Part shown: one piece after another, positions 37,502-49,448 of the stretch | Position numbering within the stretch: position 1 is the first letter of the stretch | How the letters are laid out: the number at the start of each line of letters is the position of its first letter | NCBI GenBank assembly: GCA_000388065.2 | Contig: KB932201.1 | DNA length: 64,000 nucleotides | Strand: one strand, 5' to 3' | Source: Fonticula alba ATCC 38817 | Lineage: Eukaryota > Protista > Nucleariida | The notes under the pieces: generated by a model | What the model was told of the DNA's origin: nothing | The model's input: the letters and a program-made list of their open reading frames with translations, nothing else | Database searches by the model: none | Position numbers and translations under genes: made by a program

Positions 37502-40500
37502 ATGGAGGACAACCCTGCCGATGAGTACCGCGTAGAACCGCGGCCCGATGACGCGGCCATCGACCGTGTCCCCTCCGCCGGATCACTGCCGGTGGAGGAT
37601 GGCGAGGGCGAGGACCCCGACACCGGATCGGTGCCCGAGTCCCCGGACGCCGAGCTCGACCCGAATGCCAGTCTCCGCCAGCGGATTCGCGAGATCATGA
37701 TCAATTCCGAGCTCTCTGAAACCGAGAAGGCCCGGCGTGTGCAGGTCCGCGATGCCTCCCGCGCATCTGCTTCGCTCCCCCTTTTGCACTTGGCGGCGAC
37801 TAACACGGGGAAATCCCCCCCCCCCCAAACCCCAGGCCCTCTTTACTACCGGCCATGTGTATGGCGACGAGTCCCCTGGCGAAGACGTCCCCGACACTGT
37901 GTCGTGTGACGACGTCAATGACCAGGACCCCGAAGCCCCGTCTGCTTGCCTGAAGAAGGCCACCACCGTGCCTCAGCCGCTGGTTCTCAGCCATTACCAG
38001 GTGCGTGCCCGGCCGGCATTTCTCCCCGCCTGGCAGGTGTCCTCCTGTTCCACACGCGCACTTGTAGTGTCCTGTGCTTTTCCCTCCCCCGGTCGCGTCC
38101 CCCCTCCCCCCCCCCTTCCCCACGCGTGCTCACATTGATGGAATCTCCCCCTGCTCATCCAACCCTGGCCACGGTAGGATGGCACGATGTTTCCCTTCCC
38201 CCAAAGTGGCCCGGCTGATGGGGTGTCTCCGGCGATCCCTGCCGGCACGCATCTCGGCTGCCGGCACTACCAGTCGAGCGTCCTCCTGCTGGTGAACTGC
38301 TGCAACTCCTGGTTCCCATGTCGCCTGTGCCATGACGACACGGACATCCAGCAGCACTTCCGCGCGACCGCTGCCAAGTTCGCCCGGCAAGCTGGCCGGC
38401 CCGAGCCCCCGCAGCTCATCTGCCCGGAGACTGTCGACCGGTACAGCATCACCACCATGTGCTGCACTCGCTGTGGAACGGTCCAGCCGGTTGGCCAGCA
38501 CTGCACCGCCTGCGACACGGACATCTCGGATTACTATTGCGACGTGTGCCATCTCTTCCAGACTGGGGCCAAGCGCAGCATCTTCCATTGTGAACACTGC
38601 CGGATCTGTCGGATTTCCGATGGCCAGAGCTTCCACTGCTTCGACTGCGGTGTCTGCATCGACTATCAGGGGAAAGATGACCACCTGTACGTGCTCGATG
38701 TCCTTCCTCCCGGTCCTTGCTCCGGTGCCTCTCCTCGACATGCGGGAGGGGGGCTCTGATTTTCCCACCTCCTCCTCCTGTGTTTGACTAACTGCCCGTC
38801 TCGGGCACATGTGGGGCCCCCCTTGTGATGGGTGCAGGTGTGTCAAAAATCTGCTGGACCACCACTGCCCCATCTGCAATGAGTACCTGGCACATTCGAT
38901 TGCCAATTCCTGCATTTTGGTGCGCAATCCCCCATCCATACGCGCCCGCCCTCTCTCTGACTTGGTCCACGGCCTGTTGCCCCTCCCTTTGACTTTGCCT
39001 CTCTCTCTCTCTCTCCGTGTCTCTGACCCCTTGACCTCCGTACCTTTCAGCCCTGCCACCATCCCATCCACACGGAGTGTCTAAACTCCATGCTTGGCAA
39101 CAATATCTACCAGTGCCCGATTTGCAAGGCCACCTGCGTGGTGCGTCTCCTTTGATTCGATCGTGTCTCCCTTCTCGGCAGCCAACTCTCCGCCGGTGCC
39201 GCTCTCGCTCACCCTTCGTCCTTCTCTCTCTCCCTCCCTCCCTTCTCCTCCCCCTCCGCCCTGCTACAGGACATGTCTATTGAGTGGCTTCGGCGCGATT
39301 TGCTGCACTTCTTCCTTCGCTTCCCGACCGATCTCCGCAGCTGGAAGGTTCTGGTTGGCTGTAATGACTGCAAGAAAAAGTATGCATTTGGTCTTTTCTC
39401 CCATGGCGGCGGTGGCGATGATGATGATGTTGTTGTTTTTGTGACCCATTGACTTACCCCGGCCTTCCTCCCCCCCCCCCCCCCCCCAGGACTGTCACCT
39501 TCTATTCGCACTTTCCCCGCTGTGGACACTGCCCCTCATACAATGTCAGCGAACTGATGGCCCATCGGGAGGCCGATGTTCCGGAGCCGGATTGGTGTGA
39601 TCCCGGCGAGCGCGGCCTCTCCGCCGAGGGAGTGGCATATCGCTTTGGCGACCCGGTCATCGAAAAGCGCCTGGATGATCTCTACGACAAACGCACCCCG
39701 GATCAGCGTCTGGCCACCATTCAGTTCGGTGACATGCTCACCAGCATGACCGCCCAGTCGATATCGGTCAGCGTGCGCGCTCAGCTCGAAGGCGGCGATG
39801 GCTCCGCTCCATTGGACTTCCTCAGTGCCCTGAGTTCCTTGGCCGGTCAGGATGAAGATCATGACCACGACCACGACCATGACCATGACCATGACCACGA
39901 CCACGACCATGACTATGACCACGACCACGACCATGACTATGACCATGACCACGATCACGACCACGACCACGACCATGATTTTAGTCAGGATGAGGACAGC
40001 GAAGCTGCCACCATGTCCGATGAGGATGGTCACGAATTCACCGATGCCCTTGAGGAAGATGCGGCCCTGATGCCGGGTGCCCGAATCTCGGCGGCCCCCT
40101 CCTCGGCCAGGTCGGATGTGTCATCCGGGGAGAGCCTGGTCCTCGTGGAGAATGAAGTCCGCTCCGAATCAGGGTCTCTCCCCCCGGCGGGTGGTGACCA
40201 GGACTTTGTCATCTTGTCCCCGCCCCCCGAGTTGGCCATTGAGTCGGCGGCCAGTGAGTCCTCATCGGAGGCACTGGTCCCTGATGCAGGACAACAGGAG
40301 CCGGCACATGCTGACCATGACACCGATGAGGAGAGCCACTCGCCATCGCGCCACTCCGCCGCCGCGTTGGTCCCCGAGCTGGCTGGCGATTTGTACGAGT
40401 CCTCCCTGACGGCGGACCAGCTTTCGGACGCCATCGATCGAATCCGCAAGGAGATTGCCGACGAGGATGACGATGAGCACTCCGTCATTGTGGAGACACT

Positions 40501-40645
40501 GCGGCTGATCAAGCTGGCTGAGGCCGGCGAGGTTCTGCCCCACACACCCTGCGGGCCGCCATCCAAGGTCATTGAGAAGATGCTGGTTCTCTACCCGGCC
40601 ATCCACATTCTCTTCCGCCAGCGCCTGACCAACCGGCGGCCTTGA
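37502..40645 (+). CDS. RCHY1: RING finger and CHY zinc finger E3 ligase (Pirh2/RCHY1-like) with a long acidic C-terminal extension
   Basis: CHY: GCRHYQSSVLLLVNCCNSWFPCRLCHD. CTCHY: YYCDVCHLF..FHCEHCRICR..FHCFDCGVC. RING-H2: CPICNEY..PCHHPIHTEC..YQCPIC. Zinc ribbon: CNDC..CGHCPSYN. Spliced over about 7 exons. Confidence 0.9.
39857..39979 (+). repeat. Hexanucleotide repeat encoding about 20 Asp-His dipeptides (two Asp-Tyr variants) in the RCHY1 tail
   Basis: GAC/GAT-CAC/CAT units in frame in ORF 39449-40645. Confidence 0.92.
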
Positions 40646-40755
40646 AGCAAGGGCGGCCCCTCTGGTGGGTATAGCCATCACTGGCTGGGGGAATAGACTG
40701 CATCTGCGCATGCGTGCACAGGGAATACCCCCAGCCCGCCCTCCTCCTCCCCCCT

Positions 40756-40800
<45 letters not shown>

Positions 40801-40937
40801 CACATATATATGTATCCATGCATATACACCTGCACCCAGACACGTACGCACACACGCTTCTTGCAAACCGAGCACAATGCCGGAGGGAATCTATATTACA
40901 AGGAGGAGAAGGGAATGCTGAAGGGGTGCGGGGTGGA

Positions 40938-41201
40938 TTAGTCGGATGTAGCAGCGGCAGCGGGGGTCACATGGCTGTCAGAGGTGGCGGCCACCGCCGC
41001 GGCAGCCGCAGCCTCCTGGTCAAGCTGGTCCATGATCCCCTGGATCTTGGCCATCTCCTCCTCCTGCTTCTTGGAAGCGTCGAACATGGATCCGACCAGG
41101 AAGGACCCGAAGAACATACTTCCGGCGAAGGTGGCAAACTGGCGGGTCTTCACCCAGTCCATGTTGGCAATCTTCCGGCTGGCATTGTTGGCGGCGGTCA
41201 T
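40938..41201 (-). CDS. Hypothetical 87-aa single-pass membrane microprotein
   Basis: Strong GC3 codon bias like neighbouring genes. One hydrophobic segment (FATFAGSMFFGSFLVGSMF) followed by a charged helix. Pyrimidine-rich acceptor-like sequence just upstream suggests a 5'UTR intron. Confidence 0.62.
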   Translation of the reverse strand: MTAANNASRKIANMDWVKTRQFATFAGSMFFGSFLVGSMFDASKKQEEEMAKIQGIMDQLDQEAAAAAAVAATSDSHVTPAAAATSD

Positions 41202-41703
41202 GCTTGCGGTGCTGAAGCGGAAAGGAGGTGGACAGGCTGCAAGGCGCAGAGGAGGGGTGGGCAGCAGGGGGCAAAGAGAGGGAGAGAGAGAGGGGGAACG
41301 AAGGGGAGGAGATGGTGGTCGAGATGGTGGTACATCCTGCCTGCGGCGGGCTCTGGCTGCCCGTCATCCCCCTTTTGAGGCGGAGAAAGTTGCCCTCCCA
41401 ATACACGGCACCCATCTTCAGCATCCCCACCCTCGAGGGTGTGAAGGGCCCGAAGGCGCGGCGGAATGGACTGTCCTCCGCCCCCCCCCCCCCCGGCCGG
41501 GCCGCGCCCACCACGCCTGCAGCACCAAAGCCCCACGCATCGGCACCCTGAGAAGGGGCAGTTGCTATATCACGTGCATGTGAAGTGTATTTAGGTTGGG
41601 AGTATGAATCTCGACGTTCGGCGGGCGAGGGGCGAGGGGCGAGGGGCGAGGGGCGAGGGGGGGGGGGGGGGGCGGGGTGGGGTGGGGTGCAGCGAGCCCA
41701 CAA

Positions 41704-43809
41704 TTACTTCTTGCCCTTTGTGTCGGTCTCCTCGCCGGTCGGGGTGAAAAGCCCCTCCAGCGGGGGAGCATCCAGGCTGAGGGCCTGTCGCAGGGAATGC
41801 GTGGCCGAACCACGGGCGAGGGGCTTCGGCTGCCCGCCGCCGCAGGAGGAACCGGCCGCCACGCGGTCGGGATCCTCCGGACTCCAGCCGTGCATGTGCA
41901 GGATGTCGAAAGTGGCCGGGATGCTGCCATCCGGCTCGCCGTACATCTCTTTGTGTGCGCACGTACGTGTTTTGCGAATTGTCCGGCTCGCGAGTGAGTA
42001 ACTGGGCACGATTGAGAATAGATGGCCGGGGGAAAGAGCCGGCCAAAGTGAGCGAGGCAGGGAGGGGAGAAGGAAAATCCAGGCAAGGGAGGATCCCGCA
42101 GGCCCGTGACGCACCCTTGTAGATGGCGGCCGCCGCGATCAGGGTGTCCTTCGAAAGAGATGGCTGACTGCGAGGGGGAGGGAGGGTGGGAGGCGGAGAA
42201 GGAGGAAAAGAGCATGTGTGTGTGTGAGAGAGAGAGAGTGTGTGTGTGTGTGTGTGTGCGTGTGCATGTCAGTGAATCAAGAAACGAGGGAGGCCCTGCA
42301 AGAGGGAGAGAGGAGATTGACTGCGGAACTGCGCGTGCATGTTGTGTATGTGGGTGTGTCTATCCGCACCGCTGGACATCGGCGCTGGACTCGCCCATGG
42401 CCTGGAGGTCCGAAAGAAGAGCAAACATGTCGGGGTACCGGACCACGATCGAATCGATGTCGACTAGTGGGGTCATGGCAAGCGACGCGGGCGGAGAGGA
42501 GAGAGGCGGAGGGGCGATCCGTGGGAGTGAGTGGGACCATGCCACGCGGGGGCGAGGAGCGAGGGCCACCGAGGCGGGAATGTCGCGCACCGGAGGTCAT
42601 GGTAAATCCAGCACGGGTGAGAACGCCCGGGAGGTCCTTGATGTCTGTGTGGAGAGAAGCGGAACAGAGGTCAGCTTGGTCATCTCGGGAGGCATATGAC
42701 CGACGAGGATATGCGACCGTACCAATGAGCGGGGAGATATGGGGCGACATGCCACCCTCGCGGTCAAGCTGGGCCAGCATGAGGCTCGTGCTGTCGGTAC
42801 GACACAGCAAGCAGGGCAGAGGCCATGCGAAGGAGATTCAATGGGCATGAGATAAGATCGAGCAAGCCGAGAGCACCGGGCGAGCGAGGGAAAGGCGAAG
42901 ATAAAAAAGTGCCGGCGGCAGTGCGTACCGCAGCTCAAAGAGCGTCTGCCCACCGAATACACAGCCGACAAACGGAGCATCTGGCTTGAGCGCCAGGCGG
43001 ATCTGAGACAAAGCCCCAACCAGGTCGTTGGTCCAGTGGAGACTGAGCGAGGAAATGGCCGCATCAAAGGGGCCGTGCTGGTGCAGCGGCTCGCACAGGG
43101 CCAGCTGCTCCTCGTCATGCACAAAGGCCATGTAGGGGACCGCGTCCTCCTGCTCAATCAGATCCTCAGTGGAGCGATCCTCCGCGTCGGAGTCCCCATC
43201 GGCGGCGGCGGCGGCGGCGGCGGTGGTGGAGGAGGCGGCGGCGGTGGTGGCGGTGGTGGCACCGGCCGGAGCACTGCCCCCCGCCAGGAGATCGGCCAGG
43301 GGGTCAGCCCCGGCGTCAGCCGGCGGGCTGGAGGCGGCCGCAGCCGCGGCGGCCTCCATCCGCTGGGTGCGCATTTCTTGGCCCCGGCGGACCATCTCCC
43401 CACTAAGCTCCACACCGTAGACCGAGCCCATCTTCTCCGGGTCGGCAAAGCGCGCGACATGGCCAAAGCGAGCTCCAACATCCAGGACCTTCTCAAACCG
43501 GCCCATGATGTCGCGGATGCGGTCCACCGAACGCAGAGCCATGTGGTCGTGCAGGTAGGCGGCCTGCTCGGCATCCGGGTGGAAGGCCGCCCGGTCGCGC
43601 TGCAGGCGCTTGGTCTCGCGATCGAAGACAATTTGCGCACTGCGGAAAGAGGCGCCAAGCTTGGGCTTGGAAGCCGACGAGTGCAAGTCCGGGCTGTAGG
43701 GGGTGGACCCGCTGTCGGAGGTGGGCGTCGTGGTGGACAGACTCCGGGCAGCATGGGGGGCCGCCGCCATGGAGAAGGTCCGACGGGCAAGCAGGGACCG
43801 GGCGAGCAT
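41704..43809 (-). CDS. NDUFAF5: Mitochondrial complex I assembly factor, SAM-methyltransferase fold (arginine hydroxylase)
   Basis: VFDRETKRLQRDRAA, KVLDVGA, FDAAISSLSLHWTNDLVGALSQIRLALKPDAPFVG..GGQTLFELR, DREGGMSPHISP, VDIDSIVVRYPDMFALLSDLQAMGES, SIPATFDILHMHGWSP. Arg/Ser-rich presequence-like N-terminus. Confidence 0.9.
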
Positions 43810-44181
43810 ACTTTGAGGGAGGGGGGGGGGGGACAAGGAGAGAGGGGAAGAAAGCGAGGGAGTAGGGGGTCGGGGACAACACGGAGAGCGATTGGGGGGA
43901 TGGACCGGAACCCCCCGGAGCAAATCCGGCAAGCACAGTCTTGAGTGTTCTCGCAATCGAGGCACCGGGGTGGAAATCTGAGCAAGGGGACATCTATTTC
44001 GGAACGACTTGGGGCAGGGGATAGGGAGAGAGACCAGGGTGAGATACCTGTGTCCGGGGAGAAGGGAGAGCGTCGGAACGACCGCGTCGCGGTAACACGT
44101 TCCCCCCCCCCCCACGCCGCGCCGCGGGGCAGAAGCCCGAGTCGAGCGGCGGCACCTCATCATCGCGTTGAGGCCACGTGT

Positions 44182-45237
44182 TCACTCCCAGAGCTGGCGC
44201 GGGTCCGCCAGGTACTCCAGGTACATGGCCTTGTTGTAGAGGGAGATCTCAGACTCGTTGCCTGCGCGGGGGCACGTCGTGGGGGATATGGCGGGGCCGA
44301 AGGTGAGAGAGGGGCTAGCGTGTGCGCATGCGCGCATGTGTGTGTGTGTGTGTGGAGAACAGCGGCGTGCAGACAAAGGGAAGAGAGGTGGAGGAAAAGG
44401 AGCGGGTGGTTGGGGTGGATGGAGGCGGAAAACGCACGGACACCGCTGTCCCAAAGGGACATGTGGGGGTCCAGAACGAGGTGCTCGCTGCCGGTGTTGA
44501 TGATGAGGTCGCCCTTCTGCATGGGCCAGCAGCGGAGGGGAGAGGCAGAGAGGCGGGGTGTGATCGGTAAGCACATGCAGGGCGGCAGCCGGTTGGCGTG
44601 TCGGATGAGGACCACGAACCTTGCTCATGTGGGCGGTGTGGTAAATCTTGAGGGTGTCTGAGAGGGGGGGGGGGCGATTGTCAGCTCAAAACAACACCAA
44701 GCCACAGGACTTTTCTTTCTCCCAGCGGGGAGGGCCATCGCGGGCCGAAAGGAGGGCAACATACCGAAGGTGATCGTCCGGAAGGGGCGGAAGGCACTTT
44801 CAGTGGCAATCGCTGAGGAAGCCGGCAGGATGACGTAAAGCGGCGAGGGAGACGAAGGTCAGCGGACACCGGGTGAAAGGGGGAGGGATGTGTCAATGGG
44901 CATTTGGGATGTGGCGCGCACCGGCGAGGGACATCTCCAGCAGGTCCCGCCCGGTGGTGGTCTTCAGGTTGATGTTCCGCAGGATGAGGTTGCGCGAGTT
45001 GCGGAAGGTAATGGAGCGGATCTGCCAGGCAACGAGTGATGTTAGCATCGGGGACGGGGGGGGGGGAGTCTGTGAACCATGTGCGAACGTGGGGGCCGAT
45101 CGTTGGGCCCCGCGGGAGCGAGGGAGGGAAGCCTCGCGCACCACGCGGATGGTGAGGATGGCCGACTCGGAGTTCATCTGGCTGGTCATCATCGGCGGCA
45201 CCGGGGTGCCAGCAGAGGCGCTGCTATCGGAGGACAT
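44182..45237 (-). CDS. UPF0538/DUF2340 (C2orf76-like) ubiquitin-like-fold protein
   Basis: Spliced exons give ILTIRVVR|..IRSITFRNSRNLILRNINLKTTTGRDLL..|IATESAFRPFRTITF|DTLKIYHTAHMSK|..LIIN..LVLDPHMSLWDSGV|GNESEISLYNKAMYLEYLADP. This matches the C2orf76 family pattern (TITVRLIRSF.YRN..YDTLKI...SKT..LVIN..NETE.S.F). Confidence 0.75.
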
Positions 45238-45867
45238 GACGGCGAGGGATCTTCTGGCCGGGGAGGCGAGCGGGGGAGGGGCAGGAAGAGCGCGCGGGCA
45301 GACCGGCGAGCGGAAGGAGGGTGGAGGGCAATGGGGGGGGAGGGGGGGGGGGGGTGGACTGACTCATGACGGCAGGTGAAGGGGGGGGACGGCTCGGGGG
45401 CGGCCGAAAAAAAGAGAAAAATCCAGCCCCGGTCTGGGCCACCGCGCAACTGCCGATGGAAGCGCCCTGACGAACCTCCAGATATGCGGATCTCCGTTGG
45501 TATTTGGGCCTTCGATCGCCCTGGTTTGATGCGGTAAGCAAGCCCCGGATGTGGCACGCTTGTACTCGGGGGCGGGGCTCTGCGTGTGTGTGTGTGTGGG
45601 TGGGTGGGTGTGTGTGTGGGTGTGGGTGTGGGTGTGGGTGTGGGTGTGGGTGTGTGGGTGTGGGTGTGAAAGAGCGAGAGGCCGTCGCGGTTTGTCGGTG
45701 CGCTGGTCCGGGATGGCGGCAGGGCAGGGCAGAGCGGGGGCGGCCACACCTTCGGCGAGGCGGGATATTCGTCAGCCGGTGCTCTGCGGCCGGGGGACTC
45801 TCCCCGGCCCGGCAGACGCCAACCCCCCCCCCCCGCTCCTTGCCCTATTCACGTCCTCCTGTCAACC
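45238..45867. promoter_or_regulatory. Probable bidirectional promoter between the DUF2340-like gene and GSTZ
   Basis: About 630 bp between divergently transcribed start codons; contains a (GTGTGG)n tract. Inferred from gene arrangement only. Confidence 0.45.
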
Positions 45868-46640
45868 ATGTCCTGCCCTGCCTCGGCCTCCAACCCCACC
45901 ACTGATCAGCCTGCCAAGCGCCCTCGCACCGAGGAGACCGGCCCGATTGCCACCTCGCCGGCTTGCATGGCGGCCCCGGACACGTCTGCCCCCCGGCCGC
46001 CGATGATGACGGTGCCTCCCTCGATCGAGAAGATCACCCTCTACAGCTACTGGCGCTCGAGCTGCTCGTGGCGCGTGCGCATGGCCCTCAACCTGAAGGA
46101 GCTGCCGTATGAGAACCGCCCGGTGAACTTGATCCTGGATGGCGGCGAGCAGAACAAGGAGGAGTACGAGAAGCTCAACCCGAACCGCGCGGTGCCCACC
46201 CTGGTGATGGACCTCCGCCGGCATCCGGCCAAGAAGTGCGGCCAGCCCGACCCGGAGGGCCCGCCCATGGAGAACCCCATCACCACCCTCACTCTGACCC
46301 AGTCGATGGCCATCATCGAGTTCCTGGAGGACCTGCTGCGTGACCGTGGGGTCCGGCTGCTGCCGGTGTGCCCGCTGGCTCGCGCTCGCATTCGCGCCAT
46401 GGCCCTGCAGATTGTCGCCGACACCCAGCCCGTGCAGAACGCCCGTGTCATCGCCCACGTTGGTAAGCCGGTTGACCAGGGCGGTCTTGGTGGCTCTGCG
46501 CCGGAGTGGGCCAACAAGTGGATCACCACCGGTCTGGTTGGTATGTGGCCGGCCCTTCATGCCGCATGTGTTGACATTGGGTGGGTCTATTTTGTCGTCC
46601 TCTAACTCCTTGCCAACGATGCGCTCGTCCTTTCATGGGG

Positions 46641-46684
<44 letters not shown>

Positions 46685-46942
46685 CTCGCTCCTTCGCAAC
46701 CTCCCTTCTTGGACATAGCCCTCGAGAAGCTGGCCATCCAGCATGCCGGCAAGTACATGTACGGTGACACCATCTCCCTGGCCGACATTTGCCTCATTCC
46801 CCAGCTGTACAATGCCCGGCGCTTCAATGTCGACCTGTCGGCCATGCCGACCCTCCTGCGTGTGGAGGCCAACCTCCAGGAGATTGAGGCCATCGCCAAG
46901 GCGCACCCGGACCTGCAGCCTGACGCCCCGAAGCAGGAGTGA
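45868..46942 (+). CDS. GSTZ1: Glutathione S-transferase zeta / maleylacetoacetate isomerase
   Basis: LYSYWRSSCSWRVRMALNLK (SSC motif), LNPNRAVPTL, TQSMAIIEFLE, GDTISLADICLIPQLYNARRF, AHPDLQPDAP. One intron, 46541-46718. Confidence 0.95.
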
Positions 46943-48004
46943 TGTGCCATCTGCCCATGTCTCCACCTCCGCTGGAGGCCCTGAGTCCCCCTCCCCGTCT
47001 CCATGTCGAGCACGCCGCCTCCCTCCGAGCTGACACGCGTACACACATGCACGCATATGTGAGCATGCCGAGGAGGCTGCTGGACATGCCTGTGTGTGAA
47101 TGTGCGAATGCGTGTGTGTGCGCGCACATGCGCGTGCGTGTTTGTTCGTCTGCGCACATGCGTGTGCGCACACACGCACACATATACATATGCACGCCGC
47201 CGCGCCCATGGCCGCCTCGACGCCTGGGAAAAACCGCTCCCATCACGGTTCTGGCTTGTCTAACTGTGCCCTACAAATAAAGAAGAACCCCCATGGAGAG
47301 TAGCCAGCCTGGTGTCAAAGCGTTGGCGCCTCAGCGCGTGACCGCTCCGATCGGGCGCCTTCATATGNNNNNNNNNNNNNNNNNNNNNNNNNNNNNNNNN
47401 NNNNNNNNNNNNNNNNNNNNNNNNNNNNNNNNNNNNNNNNNNNNNNNNNGGGGGGGGGGTGAGGACGAGCTGTGGGACTGGTCAACCATGTCCGCCAATG
47501 GCCCGAATATGTCCGAGCCATGGGCCGCCAGTCGGATCGCGAGTGTTCTTTCACAAGGCCCCGAGGCAGGGACAGGGGGGGAGGGGGGCTAGAATCGGGG
47601 GCGACCCCCGTGCGGGGATGGGATCTCCCGTGGCTCCATGACTCGTTCAAAGGCGGATCAAGGCCGCGCGGATGTGGGCCAGTCCTGATGGAGGACTAAC
47701 TGCTCAGCCCGTTCCCTCTCTGGTTCCCCCCCCCCGCCCCCGCCCCCGCCCCCCCCCCCCCCCCCCCCCCCCCCCCGCCCCCCCCCCCCCCCCCCCCGCC
47801 CCGGCCCCCTCCTCAGGCGCGCATCTGCGGGCACTGGGCAAGATCGCTTCCTCGGCCGGCCCACCCAAAGGGAACTCTGGAGGCGCGCGCTCGCCGGCCC
47901 CGTCCGTAGGCCAATGCTCCCTCCTCTCCCCCACCCTCTCCCCCGAACCGTCGACCCTTCTTTACCTGTCCTCGCACAGCTCCCTTTGCCTCTCCTCTTG
48001 TGCT

Positions 48005-48038
<34 letters not shown>

Positions 48039-48044
48039 TCAACC

Positions 48045-49448
48045 ATGAATCGGCCACCGGTGTGGCCTCCGACGCAGGAGCCATCGCCCCACCTGCGCCA
48101 GCATCTCCGGCTGATCTTCCGCACGGTCTCGGTCACCTTCCTTGGTGTGGCAGTCGGGACGGCCCTCAACATCCAAACCCCACTGCTCCGAACGGCCTAC
48201 GAGACGGTGTACGGGCATATGCTGCATGTGCCGATCCTGTCCGGCATCCTCCACCTGCCGACACCTCTCTTCCAGATGGTTTTCATCGGGCTTTTTGTGC
48301 TGCAACTGTATCTGGCTTACCGGTGGCGCCGGTCACGCATTGACACGGGGGACCCGCCGGCTGCTGCGGCGGCGGCGGCGGCGGCTGCCTCCGCCGCCTC
48401 GGGCCCGGGCCCGGATCCGGCCTCCAGCTTTCGCGCGCACCTGAGCTCCTTCTTCACGGAAGCTTGGTCGACGCAACCGCCCCCGACGTCGGCCCCATCC
48501 GGGCCGGCTGACTGCGGCGCCACCAGCCAACGTCCCACAGCCTCCACCACGGCCCAGCCCTGGTCGCTGTCATCACTGGTGACCACCCCGGCCGGGTGGA
48601 TGAACCTGCGTCTGGGCACAATCGGCCTGATGTCGGCCATGCTCGGCCCGCGCATCCTCAGCATGATTACCCCGCTCACACACCAGCCAAGCATGCTTTT
48701 GTGCGTCCGGTCGCCGGTCCCTCCCCTCCTTCTGCTTGCTTTTTTTTTTCATGCTTCACTCACTCGAGGAGGGTGCCGCTTTTTTTTTTGCCGCCCTTCT
48801 ACTCACACACACTTTCCTGGCTCTCGGGCGGGGCTACACACGGCCGGGCGGGCAAAATGAAACCCACCTCAGCGGCACATTTGTCTTCCTCCTGCAGAGT
48901 GCTCTCTTCGGCATGGTGGCCGCCACGGAGGGCAACCTGCTGGCTCTGCCGCCATGGGTGTCACGTCGTGCGTGTGGGACTCCCACCATGCATCCCTCCA
49001 CGCGCGATGTCGCTGGAAAGGCCACTAACCGCTACTGTCCACCCTGGCCCGTCGCCGATCCTTGTGCCTGTGCCATGGCCGGGGTCGAAACACAGTCATC
49101 GAACAGGGCTCCTCGGTGGCGATGTTCGCCTTGCTTGGGTCCTTCTTTGCGCGGCATCTCTTCTCCTCGCACTACATGTCCTTCATGCTACCACTGGCGC
49201 TGCTTACGCTGAGCGTGTCATATTTCTTCACCGAGTTGCAGTTCATCGCCCGCCGACACGAGTGGGCCGTGACCATGCGGCAGCCCACCCCGGACCCGGT
49301 GCTCGAGGCCAGCCGGCTGTTGCTTCACATCAAGGAGATCATCCGCATCCTGATGCTGCTGCTGTCATCGCAGTCGACGCGCGACGGTGGCCGCCGGCGG
49401 GCCGGGGCACAGGGCGGACATCACCGGTCCCAGCGCCGCGAGGACTGA
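48045..49448 (+). CDS. Divergent Bax inhibitor-1 (TMBIM6-like) membrane protein
   Basis: Multiple TM segments. QHLRLIFRTVSVTFLGVAVG, LGP...PSML, FFTELQFIARR..DPV..LLLHIKEIIRILMLLL and a basic C-tail align by eye with the BI-1 pattern (QHL.KVY; LGP..NPSIL; LFDTQ.II..D..LFLDF..FR.L). Two introns. Confidence 0.65.
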
